Shown here piece after piece: positions 15,123 to 30,985 of a DNA stretch of 64,000 bases. The notes below the pieces were generated by a model. The model did not search any database and had not been told where the DNA came from. It saw only the letters and a list, made by a program, of their open reading frames with translations. How positions within the stretch are numbered: the first letter of the stretch is position 1; the number at the start of each line of letters is the position of its first letter. The translations under genes and the position numbers were made by a program. The DNA comes from Eledone cirrhosa (taxonomy: Eukaryota). The stretch lies in the NCBI GenBank assembly GCA_964016885.1, contig OZ024747.1, positions 81,840,001 to 81,904,000 on the forward strand, in the 5' to 3' direction.

Positions 15123-15320
15123 TCATCATTACCATCTTCGTTTAATATCCATTTTCCACATTGACATGGATAGGACGGGCTGTCCCTTTGTGAGAGATCA
15201 GGTCAAAGGATTTTGTTTCGCTCTCAAAGAACCGATTTTAGCTTGGTTTCTATGGCTGGATGCCCTTCCCCACTCCAACCACATTTACAGTGTGTGCTGC
15301 ATGCTTTTTGTCATGACACA
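15123..15320 (-). mobile_element. RTE 3'-UTR/tail fragment (others 23720-23990 -, 24930-25060 +, 29323-29670 -, 56620-56850 -)
   Basis: (CAT)n tail, TTTCTAYRGCTGGATGCCCTTCC...CCAACC...TTTACAGTG shared with the full RTE 3' UTRs. Confidence 0.75.
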
Positions 15321-15503
15321 CACACACGCACATATATATATATGTATATATGTATATCCACAAACACACACACACACACACACACACACAAATTGAGGGT
15401 GGGCCAACAAGGTGATTGCTCTCACTGATTTGGTTATAGGGATTAAGTATTATGTGCCTTTTTGTATGTCTGCTTCCCATCCCTATCTCCCATATATCTT
15501 CTG

Positions 15504-15538
<35 letters not shown>

Positions 15539-16612
15539 GGGGGGGGGAGACTAAATCAGATATAAAATGTCACTTATGTCATACAATTAATTAAATAAGA
15601 GATGTAATAATATAACTACATAAAATGTATTTAAACAATACAGCAAAATAGAGCAAAAGTTACACAGTCACATATACAGGCATAGTTTGAATAAAGCAAA
15701 TATAGAAACATGTATTATGTTCTTTCACTAATTGAATAAAATGTATCAAAAGATATAAATAACATCATACACATATGTACATACACACACACTTGAGAAA
15801 AACACATCAAATGACAAAATTCATTGATTTGAAACATTACAGCGATAAAATATACAATAACAGTTAGTATAGTCATATAATTATTTATTTCAGTCATTTC
15901 CTCATTTTTTGTTCTTGAAAATAGTTTAGAGACCTCCTAGTTACATTGAATTTAATTTGCCAATGATCTTGCTAAAAAATAGAAAGGCATTCCATTATTC
16001 TGCCTGCTTTCTATTATAAAACCTAAATCAAATTTATATAAATCTGAGTAATAAATTTACATAGAAATTGAAAAATGAAACTAATTTGATGGTTAAATAT
16101 GTGCATGTGTATAAGTAAGTATCTGTGTTTCTGCATATTTGTATGGAATGCAAATGTTTTGTAAAAATTTATATCTAATTTTGTCACTAACAATTATAGT
16201 AACATGAAATAAAAATTCATATAAAAGTGTGTTGTAGTGTATACATGTATATATAAATAGGCTCATATAAATACATGTGCAGATATGCATAGATTTGAAG
16301 GAACATTTAAATAAAAATTATTTAACAAAATATCAATAAAATGCATGTTAAATTCTCAATGATTTTGTGTAAATGTCAGAACTCTTTTATAATAATAGAA
16401 CATATTTAAGAAGGAATTTTTTTGCCAAAATATTTCATTTGAATACTTGTTAGAAAGAAAATTTATTTGAAATGAAAGCATTCTTTGGCATACCATACCC
16501 TAAAAATCCATATTCTCTTAAAGATTTCAGATAAATCATTAAACTATATATATAGAAAGAGTAACATACATATATATAGATATATATATGTATCCATGTA
16601 TATGCATATATA

Positions 16613-16643
<31 letters not shown>

Positions 16644-16963
16644 GCATATGTATCCATGTATACGCATATATATATTTATATATATATATATGTATCCATG
16701 TATATGCATATATATATTTATATATATATATATGTATCCATGTATATGCATATATATATTTATATATATATATATATATGTATCCATGTATATGCATATA
16801 TATATTTATATATATATATATATGTATCCATGTATATGCATATATATATATTTATATATATATATATATGTATCCATCTATATGCATATATATATATTTA
16901 TATATATATATATATGTATCCATGTATATGCATATATATATATTTATATATATATATATATAT

Positions 16964-17098
<135 letters not shown>

Positions 17099-17173
17099 CA
17101 TACATATATATATATATATATATACATACATATATATATATATATATATACATACATATATATATATATATAT

Positions 17174-17244
<71 letters not shown>

Positions 17245-17263
17245 CATATATATATATATATAT

Positions 17264-17328
<65 letters not shown>

Positions 17329-17379
17329 CATACATATATATATATATATATATACATACATATATATATATATACATAC

Positions 17380-17510
<131 letters not shown>

Positions 17511-17557
17511 CATACATATATATATATATATATACATACATATATATATATATATAT

Positions 17558-17674
<117 letters not shown>

Positions 17675-17747
17675 CATACATATATATATATATATATATA
17701 CATACATATATATATATATATATATACATACATATATATATATATAT

Positions 17748-19679
<1,932 letters not shown>

Positions 19680-20390
19680 ATAGGTATTGAAGTTTCCGTT
19701 GAAAATTGAAAAAGTCACAGGAGTGAAGAGTGCTCTATGTAAGAACCAGAGCAAAATTTAATGTATAATAAACAATACAATATAATTACCTCATTACCAG
19801 AGGTTTCCCGAATAAGACGAATACGAAAAAACGTCCTCGTTCGTTCGTCGGACAAGGCAATATAAAACATAGTGAAATATTTGGAAAGTCTCCTCAAGAA
19901 ATGCAAAAAAAAAAATATATATATAAATAAAAGTAATGCAAGAGATATATAAAATATATTAAAAAATATAAGGAAATATAGTTAGGTGTGTGTATATGTA
20001 TGTATATACACTCACAAATGTACATATGTATGTATGTACAAATGCGTGTGTATGGTGAAAATGTGTGCATAAGTACATATATGAGGGCAAGTATATTTGT
20101 GTGTATGTAACCACAAATACGGATATAATATGAGTTGAAAAAGAAAATGATAATATAGTTGACACGTATCCAGATACAGGTATTAGATACACATACGAGT
20201 ATGAAAGCTCGCGTATAAACACACACACGCGCGCGCGCGGTCACTTATATGCGGAAGATAAAGAGGGAAGGGAGTGTAATAGTTAAAAGAAAGTGTCATT
20301 CTTGATATAGGTATAAAAATGAAACAATATATGAGAAAGAAAAAATTTGTTAAATGAAAGAGAAAGTAGTCAATTAACACTAGAGAAAAG

Positions 20391-20421
<31 letters not shown>

Positions 20422-20608
20422 GAAAACAAACATAGGTACACGAGTACATACACATATATCTATAAAAAACATATATCTATAAAAAAATATTTATACACGC
20501 AAATACGTACAGACAAAAGTGCATGCATGCGTACATACATACACAGGATGCACGTATATATATACATACATATCGCCCCATGTATATCTAATCACACGTA
20601 CGTACGCG

Positions 20609-20656
<48 letters not shown>

Positions 20657-23162
20657 CACATACATACCCATACATACAATACATATATACACACATACAC
20701 ATTCACGTACATTCACCCGCTTACACACACACACATAAAAATAAGAATGTAAAAAACATAGATGTAAAAACACAGATATAAAAACACACATACACACACA
20801 TATATATACACGCACGCACGCGCACATACGGAGGCATTCGTGTACATATACAGAACGTATACACACGTAAAGACCCGCAGACACAGATACAGAGTATAAA
20901 GTAGCCTTATGAATAAATGAGTACAAATATAAAAAAATATAAAAACGGCTGCGAAACAACAGAAAATATCTGGAGTGAAAAACGCAAGTGACTTGTGTAA
21001 TCAGGTAGTAAAGAAAATAGGGAAGTAAAATGTGGAATGTGAAGATATTAGGTAAGTGAATCGAAGAATAAAGGGGGGGGGGTTACTGGTGGATGTGAAA
21101 TAAAAATAAAAATAAAAATAAAAATAAAATTAAAAATAAGGTTAAAAATGAAAGTAAATCAGAAAGAGTAGTCTTTAAAGAGAATAATTTAAGTGAAGAA
21201 TAAGAGCTTATGGAGGATAAGTATCTGAAGGTGAGTTAAGTTTATATGAGCTGGGAAGCAAGTGTGATTTCATATGTGGGCAACTGGTAAACATTTCTGT
21301 TTTTGTATTTAGGCAGGTTTTTGGTGATTTAAGGTTTTGTAAAATCCAATATTTTTCATTTATGCAGAGTGTGCATCTTCTTGTTCCTCTTGCATATTCT
21401 TTAGATTGGTTCAAAATTGACCAATCCAATTTATATTGGATACCTTGGTCTTTCAAATCCCATATTCTGCTAGCCAGAGCTGTTGTGAATCTTTTTTCTG
21501 GATGTCGGAAGGATGCAACATGTGAGTAATAACGCGTTTTGAATTTGTCTTGTGTCATACCCACATATCGTTCACTGGTGGCTGGTTGGTTGTTGCTGAT
21601 GGTTGTCACTTTAGCCGCATATACAATGGCTTTGGTGTTGCATTTACCTTGTAATGGGCATTTACTTTTGACTCTACAGGAGCAATTTTGATGTTTTCTG
21701 GGTGATTTCTTGTTGATGATATAAGATTTAATAGGGGGACCGCAGGAGTAGCTAATTTTGACACAGTTTCTATTGAAGATCTTATAGTATCTATGTGTTC
21801 TAGGGAAATGTTTATCTAAGAGCTCTAGGAATTTTTTTCCTACATTAGTTTTAACTGCTAGAGAGTAGGGGAGTGTGAACCAGATTATTTTTCTTTTCCT
21901 ATTTTTATGATTAAAAGAGTTAGTATAGTTGGGTATGTATTTAATCGGTTCGCTAAATCCGCTATTTTGAAGGGCTTTATTATAGTAGGAGGATGCCTTA
22001 TTGAAAATAGCTTCTGAGGAAGAGAGGGTGGAGATCCTACGGCTAATATTAGGGATAAGGTTTTTAAAAACTATAGGAGGGTGGCAAGAGCCTTTATTTA
22101 TATATTTTAAATTTTCATTAGGTTTATGGTATGGTTTATAAGAAGCAGTAGGCAAATCTAGGTTTCTATCTAGAAAATTAACATTGGAAAGGTAAGTGTC
22201 AATAGTAATTTTAAGATTAAAACTAGCAAAGGTTTTTATTAAGTCTTTCCTTAATCTATCTAAGTTATGGCCTATGGTGGTATGGGAAAGTATTAGACCA
22301 TCGTCGCGATAAAGCCCAAAAATATGATTAGGGAATTTTTCTTTAAGTGTGTGTAGGAGGGATAGGCCGACTAAATCACAAACATCAGCACTGTCAAAAG
22401 AGCCCATTGAGACATCGAATGGGCTCTCTGGGTTAGATATTTTTACCCAAGTGTCATTATCAGTAAAGAGTAGAGTGTTTCTAGCGTGCAAGATGACATT
22501 CTCTTCAATATCAGAGATATTGGTAAACTTTCTAGCGAAATTTAAAGCTTTCGTTAAAAGAGTCTGAGTGATAGATGGGTAGAAATCTACAATGTCAAAT
22601 TGGGTGAATCTAGAACTATTTTTATCTTAAATTTTATTAAACCAATGTACTACGGAAGAGCTATTTATCCATTGGAGTAATTTAGACTTACTTCTAATGT
22701 GTGTGTTTATATTATTTAAAATTTTTTTGCTGGCAAGACCGATATCAGTCTTAGCAGGGTTGATTAATCTACAACTAGGACGATTAATAAAGTCAGGTTT
22801 GTGATCTTTAAGGGTGATATATGCATTACGTTTAGCAAGTTTTTCTGTCCTATTATCTATTTTTAAAGAGCTAGCTTATTCTTTAGCTTCCTTATTTATA
22901 TTATGATACGTGTTTATATTAGCTATTTGGTATTTAGAGGTGATGTTATCTATTAATAGTTGGTCGTGTAAATTATTATTAACTTCGTATAGGTTTTTAG
23001 TTTTGTCGGAGAAAATGAACTTATTTTTAGAAGATTTGAATATTGAAATATCATTAGATAGTTTAGATTGAAAAGGGTTAGAGTACTTACGAAAATTGAT
23101 ATTGTTGATTAGATTAACTAAGTCTAGTTCAAAAGCGGTCATATCTTTTACTCTTTGCGGAT
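19680..23162 (-). mobile_element. 5'-truncated Naiad-type Penelope-like element (RT + C-terminal GIY-YIG) with 3' UTR and hammerhead-bearing terminal repeat
   Basis: One reading frame 23162-21208 with two TAA stops: AYITLKDHKPDF, CRLINPAKTDIG, FDIVDFYPSI, SMGSFDSADVCDLVG, GLYRDDGL, CSC..CPL..C, AIVY..YVGMT, CTLC..EK; low-complexity UTR 21207-19900. Confidence 0.9.
19785..19861 (-). ncRNA. Type I hammerhead ribozyme (H3), U4C core variant
   Basis: Helix I ATTGCCTTGT/ATGAGGTAAT (10 bp with G-U), core CCGACGA, helix II CGAA..AGGACG/CGTCTT.TTCG, GAAA, helix III ACC-tct-GGT, GUA site; sense to and downstream of the PLE ORF. Confidence 0.75.
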
Positions 23163-23212
23163 GTGTATTTATATACACACACACACAAATATATACACAA
23201 ATATAAACCAAT

Positions 23213-23652
23213 CTGTATATAATCCAAATCCCGTGTATAAGATGAGTCAGCTAACGAACACATCATGTGTAAATGGTAGAGTTTTAAAATTCTCATGGGT
23301 GACGAATATATTTATGAAGTTTTAATATTTTGATATTTAAAAATATTTTAAGTCTCATTTAGAATATAGTTTTTGTCTCGTATCTCCATTATGTAATGAT
23401 TTTTTTTTACCAATTTTCGACCATTTTGAAGCCTATATCTATTACAAAACATCAAAAACAATAGGAAAAACAAATTTCGCCTCCAAAGTGAAGCCAGTAT
23501 AATATTCACTTCCAAAGCAAAACTGTTTTAGCACCTCATTTATGTAGAATTTGAAAACTAACAAAATATTGACCTCACATATACACCAAACCCCATTTTA
23601 CCATTCATTTTTTCCTCATATATTTCTTGGCTTATATACCAGTAAATATATA
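23213..23652. mobile_element. Possible decayed Tc1/mariner (Tc2/pogo-like) non-autonomous element
   Basis: Left CCGTGTATAAGATGAG and right GGCTTATATACCAGTAAATATA resemble degenerate TIRs of that group. Confidence 0.3.
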
Positions 23653-24575
23653 TTTGTATAATACATATGTACATACATACATATATACATACATCATATT
23701 ACATTTCATACGTACATACATCATCATCACCGTTTTACTTCCATTCTTCCACGCTAGCATGGATTACATTGTGATGCTCATATGGGAACTGATTCTGGCT
23801 TGATTTCTACAGCTGGATCCCCTTCCTAACACCAACCTCATTTACAGTGAGTGCTGGGTTCTTTATTTCCATGGCGCCTACACAGCCACTTTACAGTGTG
23901 GGCTGGGTGCTTTTTTGTTGTGACCTCCCCGACCACATTGCTTGGGAGGGGATTGGGGCATATTGTCTATAACAGCATTCATGAGTTACACACCGCTAGA
24001 ACAAAAGGATGACGATGGTCATCTAAAACACATAGTGTAACGAGGCTGTTTGCTTGCAAATGAATCGAATATTATTGTTATTCGATGTAAAAGTCACAAA
24101 TGCATATGCGTACCTTCTATGTTAGAGCAAAGCTAATATTACCAATCTGTTTTATGTTTGTGTTCTATGTTGGCATGATTTGGAAAGTTTACCATGGTCT
24201 AAGTCAATTTATATTTTGAGTCAGAGTCCATTTAGACAGGTTGAAGGACCACATATCAGTCATTTGTTCCATATACATACATCCTTCATCCAGTGGCAGG
24301 AAAAAATAAAAAAAAGCTTGCTGGAATTTGAGACACAGCAACCTGTACATTCCTTGATGTGTTTTGTTAATCTATATGATCTCTAAGTATGTTTTCATGT
24401 ACCTGCATGTATTTGTCTTTTTCCTCACATACTCTTGTTTATGTAAAAGACAATTTTTTTTTATTTAGACTGGAATAAGCAAACTGCATGAGTAAAATTT
24501 TAAATAATGATTAATGAGGACATGTGTGATGTGGGAATTTTCAAATAGATGCTGTTATCAAAAGAAAGTATTTGA

Positions 24576-24772
24576 AATAAATAATTGCTTCTACGTTTGG
24601 CACAACGCCAGCAATTACCCCAGTGCATTACCGGTACTTTATTTTATCGACCCCATAAGGATGAAAGGCAAAGTTAACCCTCTGTGGGATTTGAACTCAG
24701 ATCAAAAAGGGCCGTAACTCTATGCTGCAAAGCATGGCATCTGACCTGCTACCAATACTGCTAATCCACCAT
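24576..24772 (-). mobile_element. tRNA-derived SINE (short-tail variant)
   Basis: A-box-like GTGGATTAGCAG, B-box GAGTTCAAATCCC, central ACTTTGCCTTTCATCC...GGGGTCGATAAAATAAAGTACC domain, (TTA)n tail. Confidence 0.85.
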
Positions 24773-25794
24773 TTGAATAAATAATGTTGTCGCATAAGAA
24801 TATCTTTGTAAAAGTGATATACAAATGATATCAGGAAGAGGATAACAAGAAAGTTTAATGAGTTGACTATTGAATATATGATAAAATGCACCTTGTACAC
24901 TCTTAAACGGTTGATATTTGGAAGGGTATCCAGTTAGAGAAACCATATTAAAAGTCAAACACATGAGCAAGATGTAGTCCCCAAAACAATCTAGTTTCAG
25001 TTTGTGACAACCTGTCCATCCTTGCCATCATGGAAAATAGACATAAAATGATGATGATGATATATTATTTTGCAAATATGTGCAATGTGTTAATATGTTC
25101 ATGTTCTCCTTACTCTATGTATAGCTACCTTCATGTTTTAAATAGAGCTGTACTAATATTTAATCATGTGTTGGGTATACCTGAAAAAGTGTTTGTGTGT
25201 GAGTGCTTGTGTGTGTGTGTGTGTGTGGCATAACATCAATGTATCATAATTCATATGTGCATGAACATCTTTATGATTGTCTATGTCTATATGTAATAGG
25301 TACTGCCACATAAAATAATATGCAGATAACAGCTGATGTAATCACCAGAGCTGAATGCAGGGTACTTATTTCTTCTATACTCAATCTACCTACTTAGTTA
25401 AAATATTAAGTAGCATTACAAAGTAATGGTTTGGTGATATGCTACCAATTTTACTGTGTCACTGACAAACTATTTGTCAGCTAAGTGCATGCCATTCATA
25501 CTCAACTCAATAACACCTATAATCAAATATAAGTTTGTGTGCATGTATGTGTGTGGAGGGTTTAGATAAATGCACATTTATGTATTATTATTTAAACACA
25601 TGTAAATCTTATAAAAAAAAAGAAATAACCTTTACCCGATATCACACATAATCAAGCTGATTGAACATTTGCTGTTATAGAACCATCAAATCTATATTAA
25701 CATGAAAGGGCAACATATTAAAATGATGAAAATAAGGCTGATGTTTGTGTGAATCTGATCATATAAAGGTGATGTGTATATGTGTGTGTGCATA

Positions 25795-25855
<61 letters not shown>

Positions 25856-26751
25856 GAGCTGAAGCTTTAGATATGTATAATTATATTTATCAGTACAGAG
25901 ACTACTACAAAGCACTACAGCATTATTTGTGGTTCTATTAATGATACTTATAAAACACCATCCTTTTGTCCAATTTTAACTTCCATCTTTTCATGACTGA
26001 GATAACAGAAACGATAATGGTTTGAAAGTGTCTATAACTTGAAATATTTCTATAAATGTTACATATTTTTGTTTTCAAAGAATTGGCTATACTTTCCAAA
26101 AATTGTTATTCCAAATGTGATGTAATATCTAATTGTAATGCTTCCTTTCAATTAGCTATGTTAATTAAGGTAAATTAGGTGCTAATGATAGGTATAAACA
26201 TAAAAAGTTCACAGTGTAATTCTCAGGTTAATGAAAACCAGATACACAGTCAAACACACACACACCTACAGGCACCATATACACATATCACGTGTGTTTA
26301 CAGTATAGATGTACATCATGTGATTATAGCATACATGTATATTATATATTGATGTTAATCATTCAGTAAAATGTTGACTCTAATTTAGGTAGACATAACT
26401 CTTGCTAGAATCTTAGTTTAATGAATTCATTATTCAACAGATGATGCTAAATTATATAGATACATAAAAAAAAACCTCAGAAAAAATATTTTTAAATAAT
26501 AGTTCAGACAGAACACCACACAGAAAGCAATAAAATATAACCCAATAAAATAATGAGAGAATGAGTGAGGGAAAAATAAATCTAAAAGTTACAAACCACA
26601 AAAACTTGTGGCAAGAATATACACCATCAATAAAAAGAAACAACTATGATAACACAAACAATATATCACAAAAGTACGATAAGAATAACATGAAATAATG
26701 ATTAAAATTTATTATATTCTGTATAAAATAATAATCAAATGATGAACAAGA

Positions 26752-27425
26752 AATAATAACAATAATAATAATGATTTCTACTATAGGCACAAGGCCAGCA
26801 ATTTGGGGAGGAAGGAAAGTCGATTAAATCGATCCCAGTGCATTGCTGGTACTTTATTTAATCAACCCCACAAGGATAAAGGGCAAAGTTAACCTCGGCG
26901 GGATTTGAACCCAGAACGTAAAGGGCCAAAACTCTATGCCATTAAGCATGTTGTCTGATGCTCTACCGATTCTGCCAATCCACCACCTTCATAATAATAA
27001 TAATAATTGTTTCTACTTTTGGCACAAGGCCAGAAATTACCTCAGTGCATTACTGGTACTTTATTTTATCAACCCCCGGAAGGATGAAAGACAAAGTTAA
27101 CCCTGGCAGGATTTGAACTCAGAATGTAAAGGGCCATAATTCTATGCTGCAAAGCATGGTGTCTGACTCTCTACTGATACTGCCAATCCACCAATAAAAA
27201 TAATAAAATAATGGTTTCTAATTTAGGCACAAGGCCAGCAATTTTAAAGAAGGGTATGTCGATTAAATCGACCCCAGCACTTTATTGGTACTTTATTTTA
27301 TCGACCTTGTAAGGATGGAAGGCAAAGTTGACCTTGGTGGGATTTGAACTCAGAAAGTAACGAGTTGGTATAAATACTGCAATGCAATGCTCTAACTACT
27401 ATGACAATACACCAACACTCCCAAC
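26752..27425 (-). mobile_element. Three head-to-tail tRNA-derived SINEs (~26770-26990, ~27000-27192, ~27205-27420)
   Basis: Each has B-box, the same central domain and GGCCTTGTGCC..AGAAA end, separated by (AAT)n. Confidence 0.88.
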
Positions 27426-28014
27426 AACAATAATAAGTACATTGATTGATGTGCAAATTTATTAAAATATACATGAGTAGATATAATCACATATAGAAAA
27501 CTGCACACAAATTACACTGATTCATTTTACTGTGTATACGCATCCATACACCTAATACGCATCCATACACCTATTCATCATCACAAATCCTGACTAAATT
27601 TTAATAACTAAATTAAAACAATGAAAGTTGGAAATATATTTATATGAAATATATAAATTTCAATATGGAAAATTATATCAAATTCTAAAATTAACATCAT
27701 AGACTATATGAATTTAATAACTTGAAGCAACTTTTTACTGCTGCAAGCAGTAATTAAAAAAAAAAAGATACAATGTATATGTCAGCATTTGAAGAATTAA
27801 GACTGTAACTTGCTTTTGAGATTTAACAGAAATTGTTTCAAGTGGATCACAACTAAACAGAAAATGGCATAAATTTTAGAAATTCCCATTCTGCTTATCT
27901 ATAAAACTGAGACTTATTTTGATTATATTAATATAGTGACTATTGAAATTATACTCATATATACATACCTGTTGTTTATATATATATATGTGTGCATGTG
28001 TGTGTGTGTGTGTT

Positions 28015-28190
28015 ACGAAATTCCAAAGGAAAAGCAAAGGGAAAAAGTGTGCTCTATGTATAGAACAGAGCTATTTAATTAGAAAATGAACAATACAAAA
28101 TATAACTACTCCATTACCAAAGGTTTCTGGATCACAGATGATAAAAATATATATGTCTGGATCATTTGTCAGACAGAGATGTTATATATA
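28015..28190 (-). mobile_element. Solo pLTR relic related to the H3 repeat, with degenerate hammerhead (28101-28186)
   Basis: Colinear with 19690-19865 (GTGCTCTATGTA, AACAATACAA, CATTACCA.AGGTTTC); core CTGACAA (G8A), helix III ACC-ttt-GGT, GUA site. Confidence 0.65.
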
Positions 28191-28214
28191 TATTTATAAT
28201 TTACTTGTCTAGTC

Positions 28215-28570
28215 ATCACCGTCATTTCATGCCAATTTTTCTATGATTGCATGTAATAGATGTATCTTGTGCTGCACAATGTCTTACCACATGTTGCAGT
28301 CTTTAGTCTTAACCACTTCTCCATGTATTTCTCAGTTTTCTTTTGCTTGGATCACTTGGCACTTATTTACCCAACTGTCACCCTTCATACAAACTGCATG
28401 TCCATATCAGCAGTCTCCTCCTTTCTTGCACAATACATTCGATTTCTGACAACTTATTTATGCTCTATCATTTATGTACACTAACCTTACATCATGCAGG
28501 CCTCATGTATTTACATTCTAATTTTACACTACTCATGGCATTCAATTGTTTCAGAAAAGCTGCCTTGCGA
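28215..28570 (-). mobile_element. Decayed RTE 3' fragment (others ~29690-30120 +, ~32010-32255 -, ~53760-54300 -)
   Basis: Residual RTE C-terminal coding similarity, e.g. ILEGRIQWKRARGRQKRRWTDDIKDWTG at 32027-32251. Confidence 0.55.
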
Positions 28571-30287
28571 TTTGCAAATATATACATAATACCAATACAA
28601 ATACCACTATTAGTTTATCTAGACAGTAATGAGAGGCTCTATTGCACAAACTTGTATAAGTTGTTTTCAAATGGAGCCCTCTATAGATAGTGTATCCAAA
28701 TCTTGATAGATACAAATATATCTTCTCAAACTAAATATCAAGGGCATTGTCTAACAAGACGAAGCATTACTTGAAATGATAATCTAAAATCTATGATTCT
28801 AGATACTGTACAACATGAAGAAAAGTGATTAGTGTATTGTGCAGTATTATATGAAAGTATAATTACAGAAGCAGAGGCTATTATGTTTATAATCACATTA
28901 TCTTCATTAGCATTCTGTTAAGTGAAAGAAAGAACGGAGATGGGTAACCAGATATTTTTCTCTGTGGGAAATTTAATCTTTCATTGTACCATTGTTGCTT
29001 TCAAGTAGTAATCTAAAATGCACAACTCTAAATATTTAGCAATATTCCAGCCCTTAAGGGATAACATTATAAGCATTAAGAAACAAAAATACAGCAAGGA
29101 CTTAATAAAACACATATGTGACTGAAGCTCAGTCAATGATGAACTTTGAAAGAATTGAGTAAATGAAGTAAACTGTCTTGTGGAGAAGAAATTGCTAATA
29201 TATCTAAGTACAACAAATTGATGAACACTGTCAATGACCTATACTTATGGAAACAATGAAGAGAGGTTGGTTGAATTAACTCTTTCAACTTAATTGAGTC
29301 TCATTAATTGTTACCTTTACACATCATCATCATCATCATCCCCGTTTTACGTCCATTCTTCCACACTAGCATGGGTTAGATGAGTTGTCCTGTTGTGGGC
29401 AATGCCAGTTCAGGTGACCATGTCCTGCTCATACAGAACTGATTTTGGCTTGATTTCTACAGCTGGATGCCCTTTCCTAACACCAACCTCATTTACAGTG
29501 AGTGCTGGGTGCTTTTTTGGCTCGATTTCTACAGCTGGAATGCTCTTCCTAACATCAACCTCATTTACAGTAAAAACTGGGTGCTTTTTTACCGTAGCAC
29601 CTACATGATCACTTAATAGTGTGGATTGGGTGCTTTTTTGTTGTGACACCTACATGACCACTTTACACAGAAATGTAATATTTAGAATTATCACTATTCA
29701 TTCCTATAATCATACACTAATGCTAACCCTGGCCCTTGACTATGTCTCTACGGTGCAAAGATTTGACCTGCATGATGTGCTGCTTGAGGACAACTGTCAA
29801 CAAGACCAGAACAGAGAGGATCAGAAATGACAAGATCAGGAAAATGGCAGAGGTAAGACCAATCCAACACCACAGGCAACAACAAAGTGTACCATGGTCT
29901 GAACACATTATAATGCTAACTTAAGAACCAACCCACATCATGAGTGCCAACCTCGCAGCTAACCCTTCATGCATATAAAACAAAAATGTCTGGCCACCAC
30001 AAAACCACAGAACAACCTCGGAAGAAGTAGATTGATAACATGAAAGAGACCTTGATTTCAAATATTATGGTAGGACAGGCCTTCCAAGCTCTCATAAATG
30101 ACAGCTCTTGATTCCTGCAAACCCTACAAGAGTACAAGTGGAAAAATATAAAAAAGTCGCTATTCAATTCAATGTTACTTATTTCTTCCTTAACTATTGC
30201 AACCTTAAGACAGAGGTGAACTGTCATTGGTTTCAATCCAGAAGAGACTCCACAGTATCATTCTGCAATGTAGTAAACATGACTTCA

Positions 30288-30395
30288 TATAATTCTTTCT
30301 ACTTTTGGTACAAGGCCAGCAATTATCCCAGTGTATTACTGCTGCTTTATTTTATCGACCCTGTAAGGATGAAAGGCAAAGTTAAACTCGGCGGA
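30288..30395 (-). mobile_element. tRNA-SINE 3' half (other fragments 14855-14903 -, 32260-32310 +, 54315-54392 +)
   Basis: Central domain and tail match the full copies. Confidence 0.75.
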
Positions 30396-30667
30396 ATCAA
30401 GAATAGTATGAACTTCTGAATATTGTTTGCTGTCAACAATAGTGTAAAATTACCCACACATGTACACCAGGTCCGAACATGGAGGAGCCAAACTCCCACT
30501 GTCATTGCCTCCATCTCATTCACCCTCCTTGAGCATGTATATGTAATTTATTTTAAAATATGCAACTCTCTCACTCTCTTTTGTATGTATGTATTTACAT
30601 ACTTGCATGTATGTGTGTGCATATATGTATATATATATACAGATATATATCAAGATAGATATTAGAA

Positions 30668-30731
30668 CTAGCTGTTGAAACGGCAAGAGCTCAGCCATTG
30701 GGGTTCCGACCCTTTCATATACTTATATAGA
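30668..30731 (-). mobile_element. 64-bp minimal Helitron
   Basis: Minus strand A|TCTATATAAG ... AATGGC-tgagctctt-GCCGTT hairpin - TCAACAG-CTAG|T; no TSD. Confidence 0.65.
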
Positions 30732-30759
30732 TATATATATATATTATATATAATCGTGT

Positions 30760-30985
30760 TTAGTTACATATGGTTAGTAATATCTTGTTGGATTATATCA
30801 TGTTAGTAATATCATGATAGTAATATCATGATAGTAATATCATGATAGTAATATCATGATAGTAATATCATGTTAGTAATATCATGTTAGTAATATCATG
30901 TTAGTAATATCTTGGTACTTATAACTTATCAGTTATATCTGGTTAGGTTTAACTTGGTTAGTTATATTCAGGTTAGTTATATCTG
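30760..30985. repeat. 14-bp minisatellite (TAGTAATATCATGW)n drifting to (TAGTTATATCTGGT)n
   Basis: About 8 near-perfect units at 30804-30915 with diverged units either side. Confidence 0.85.

Noticed and set aside
21208-23162. Selenocysteine recoding, reported for some Naiad PLEs
   Set aside because: Both in-frame stops are TAA at non-Cys positions and the conserved Cys codons are intact; no SECIS recognised by eye (a SECISearch run would settle it)
30760-30985. CRISPR-like regular repeats
   Set aside because: Contiguous 14-bp units with no unique spacers; eukaryotic minisatellite
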